From a virus: a stretch of 39,938 nucleotides of DNA. The translations under genes and the position numbers were made by a program. Where the stretch lies: positions 1-39,938 of IMG/VR virus record IMGVR_UViG_3300045988_121860. One strand, given 5' to 3'. A model generated the notes under the pieces. The model saw only the letters and a list, made by a program, of their open reading frames with translations, was not told the origin of the DNA and did not search any database. This document shows, in pieces, positions 38,686-39,938 of this stretch; the first letter of the stretch is position 1, and each line of letters begins with the position of its first letter.

Positions 38686-38729
38686 TTGCCCACGTGGACA
38701 ACCTTAGGTGCCCATTTGGGCACCGTCAA
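38686..38729 (-). promoter_or_regulatory. Second early promoter with the same operator: -35 TTGACG, spacer = GTGCCCAAATGGGCACC, -10 TAAGGT, plus flanking imperfect operator TTGTCCACGTGGGCAA
   Basis: On the minus strand: TTGACG at 38729-38724, perfect palindrome at 38724-38707 (identical 18-mer to 4199-4216), TAAGGT at 38706-38701. A second 6-2-6 site TGCCCA-CG-TGGACA lies at 38687-38700, centred 22 bp away. Confidence 0.6.
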
Positions 38730-38855
38730 GGCGAGATGGCGGCTGTTACGTGTTCGTGATGGGGGGTGGGTGGCGGGGCTGACCGCACAGCGCGTTAACG
38801 CGCGTGAATCCACCCCGAAATCGCACGACCCTACGCCGGCATCGTCAAACGGGGA

Positions 38856-39539
38856 TTAGGCCGCTCTAGGGGCCTTACGTGCACGATTCGGGGCACTTCC
38901 GGCCCCACCGTCACCCCCGAGGTGCGACGAACGCGCCAGAGCGGCCAGCACCTCACGAGCCCGAGCCGCCCCATCGCCCGACGACTCAGGCGACGGTGCA
39001 GCCGTCAACTCGGGCACCGGGCGGGCCGCCGGGAGCGCGTCAGCCCACGGCACACGCCCCACGCCCAGGGCGTGATCCATCCGGGACAGCACCTCCGGCA
39101 GCGGCGTCGCCGGCTCCAACTCGGCCACCTGAACCGCCTGGGCCAGCGCCGCACGCCCGTGCCGGTCCGCTTCGACGTCGTCGACGCCGTTGCCGATCGC
39201 CCGCAGGAAGCCCCGCAGGTACGCCGACTGCTCGAAGCCGCTGCGGCCCTCCGTTGGCAGGCTGTGGCGCTCGCGCCAGGCCCGGATGCGCTCGCCACGG
39301 ACGGCCTTCGCGGCCCGGTTCACGTGCTGCGGTTTCGCCGCCCCGTAGGTCTCGACGTTGCCGGACGCGACGCGGCGCACCGCCTCCGCGAGCACCTCGT
39401 CGGTCATGTCCTGGTCCAGGAGCGTCATCCAGGCGCGGATGCGTCGCTTACCACCCTCGGCGTCGACGATGCCGGGCAACATGCCGGCGTCCACGAGGAT
39501 GCCGATCGCCAGAGAAACCCCTGTCGCCGTAGCCATCAC
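38856..39539 (-). CDS. Replication-module partner protein (227 aa), helicase-loader position
   Basis: ORF track. The GTG/ATG start overlaps the initiator stop (GTGA at 39536-39539). No Walker motif was seen, so the functional assignment rests on position only. Confidence 0.55.
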   Translation of the reverse strand: MMATATGVSLAIGILVDAGMLPGIVDAEGGKRRIRAWMTLLDQDMTDEVLAEAVRRVASGNVETYGAAKPQHVNRAAKAVRGERIRAWRERHSLPTEGRSGFEQSAYLRGFLRAIGNGVDDVEADRHGRAALAQAVQVAELEPATPLPEVLSRMDHALGVGRVPWADALPAARPVPELTAAPSPESSGDGAARAREVLAALARSSHLGGDGGAGSAPNRARKAPRAA

Positions 39540-39938
39540 AGGCCCTCCTTCGCGAACTGCTCGGCCAGGTCGTAGAACACCTGCCCGCCCTGTGGTCGCC
39601 CCTGGGGGCGTTGGGCTTGGAGGCGGAGGGTGTCGAACTTTTGGCGGAGCTTGGGGACGCTGAGGACGTTGGCGCGCCAGAAGTCGTTGCCCTCAGCCCA
39701 GTCGATGATGCGGGTGATCTCTTCGACGGTGCGGTCGTCTCGGTCGATCATGAGGCGTGCCTGCGTGCGCCAGGCGGCGGTGACGCGTGGGGCTCGTCCG
39801 GTGCGACGCTGGACGCTCGCGGCCATGGCGTCGCAGACGGCGTCGACGTCGGGGCGGGGGTCTTCGACGGCGTGCAGATCGACGTCGTCGATCGCTTCAC
39901 TGTTCCCCTGTTCCCCTGTTCCCCTGTTCCCCTGTTCC
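39536..39938 (-). CDS. Replication initiator, C-terminal part (continues from 1..507; 39884-39938 duplicates 1-55)
   Basis: ORF 39536..39826 stays open upstream to the window end in the same frame (…EAIDDVDLHAVEDPRPDVDAVCDAMAASVQ…). The C-terminal WAEGNDFWRANVLSVPKLRQKFDTLRLQ resembles the DnaD/replisome-organiser C-terminal motif. Confidence 0.7.
   Translation of the reverse strand, partial: EQGNRGTGEQGNSEAIDDVDLHAVEDPRPDVDAVCDAMAASVQRRTGRAPRVTAAWRTQARLMIDRDDRTVEEITRIIDWAEGNDFWRANVLSVPKLRQKFDTLRLQAQRPQGRPQGGQVFYDLAEQFAKEGL
39884..39938. repeat. 55-nt exact copy of 1..55 (circular-closure overlap)
   Basis: GTCGTCGATCGCTTCAC + 4 x TGTTCCCC + TGTTCC is identical at both ends of the window. 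Confidence 0.95.

Overview
This window is one complete, circularly closed genome of a high-GC (roughly two-thirds G+C by eye) actinobacterial-type temperate siphovirus. The last 55 nt (39884-39938) repeat the first 55 nt exactly, so the unique circle is about 39,883 bp and there is no host flank. I call about 70 protein genes, and all but seven are on the minus strand.

Gene order on the minus strand:
- A Cro-like HTH at 4185 heads a chain of ATGA/GTGA-coupled small early genes (Xis-like HTH, wHTH, Cys-rich proteins, RusA).
- Next is a replication-initiator gene that crosses the window junction (507..1 plus 39883..39536). The ORF track misses it.
- An overlapping partner gene follows, then a second promoter near 38.7 kb that carries the same operator.
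- A recombination module follows: PD-(D/E)XK exonuclease, Sak4-like ATPase, MazG-like protein and SSB.
- The late operon runs HNH, TerS, TerL, portal, MuF-like, scaffold, capsid, connectors, major tail protein, G/T chaperones with a GGGAAAC slippery site, a 1296-aa tape measure with an NlpC/P60 domain, Dit/Tal/fibre genes, a multidomain endolysin and holin-type membrane proteins, ending in a strong terminator.
- After the terminator come attP (the 3' half of tRNA-Pro(UGG) flanked by five YAGCCAT repeats), a tyrosine integrase and an orphan 169-aa gene.

A small CI-like HTH and a six-gene cassette (28.1-29.9 kb) are on the plus strand.

Most interesting observations:
1. Two helically phased arrays of TCGCGA, plus an octanucleotide repeat, lie inside the initiator gene. 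This resembles the lambda O/ori layout, and a related motif cluster sits upstream of ssb.
2. An identical 18-bp palindromic operator fills the -35/-10 spacer of two early promoters 5.4 kb apart on the circle.
3. The opposite-strand cassette of six small acidic proteins and one HTH is driven by a duplicated near-consensus promoter with a different 6-2-6 palindrome. This is an acr-aca-like layout, and no gene in it has a recognisable function.
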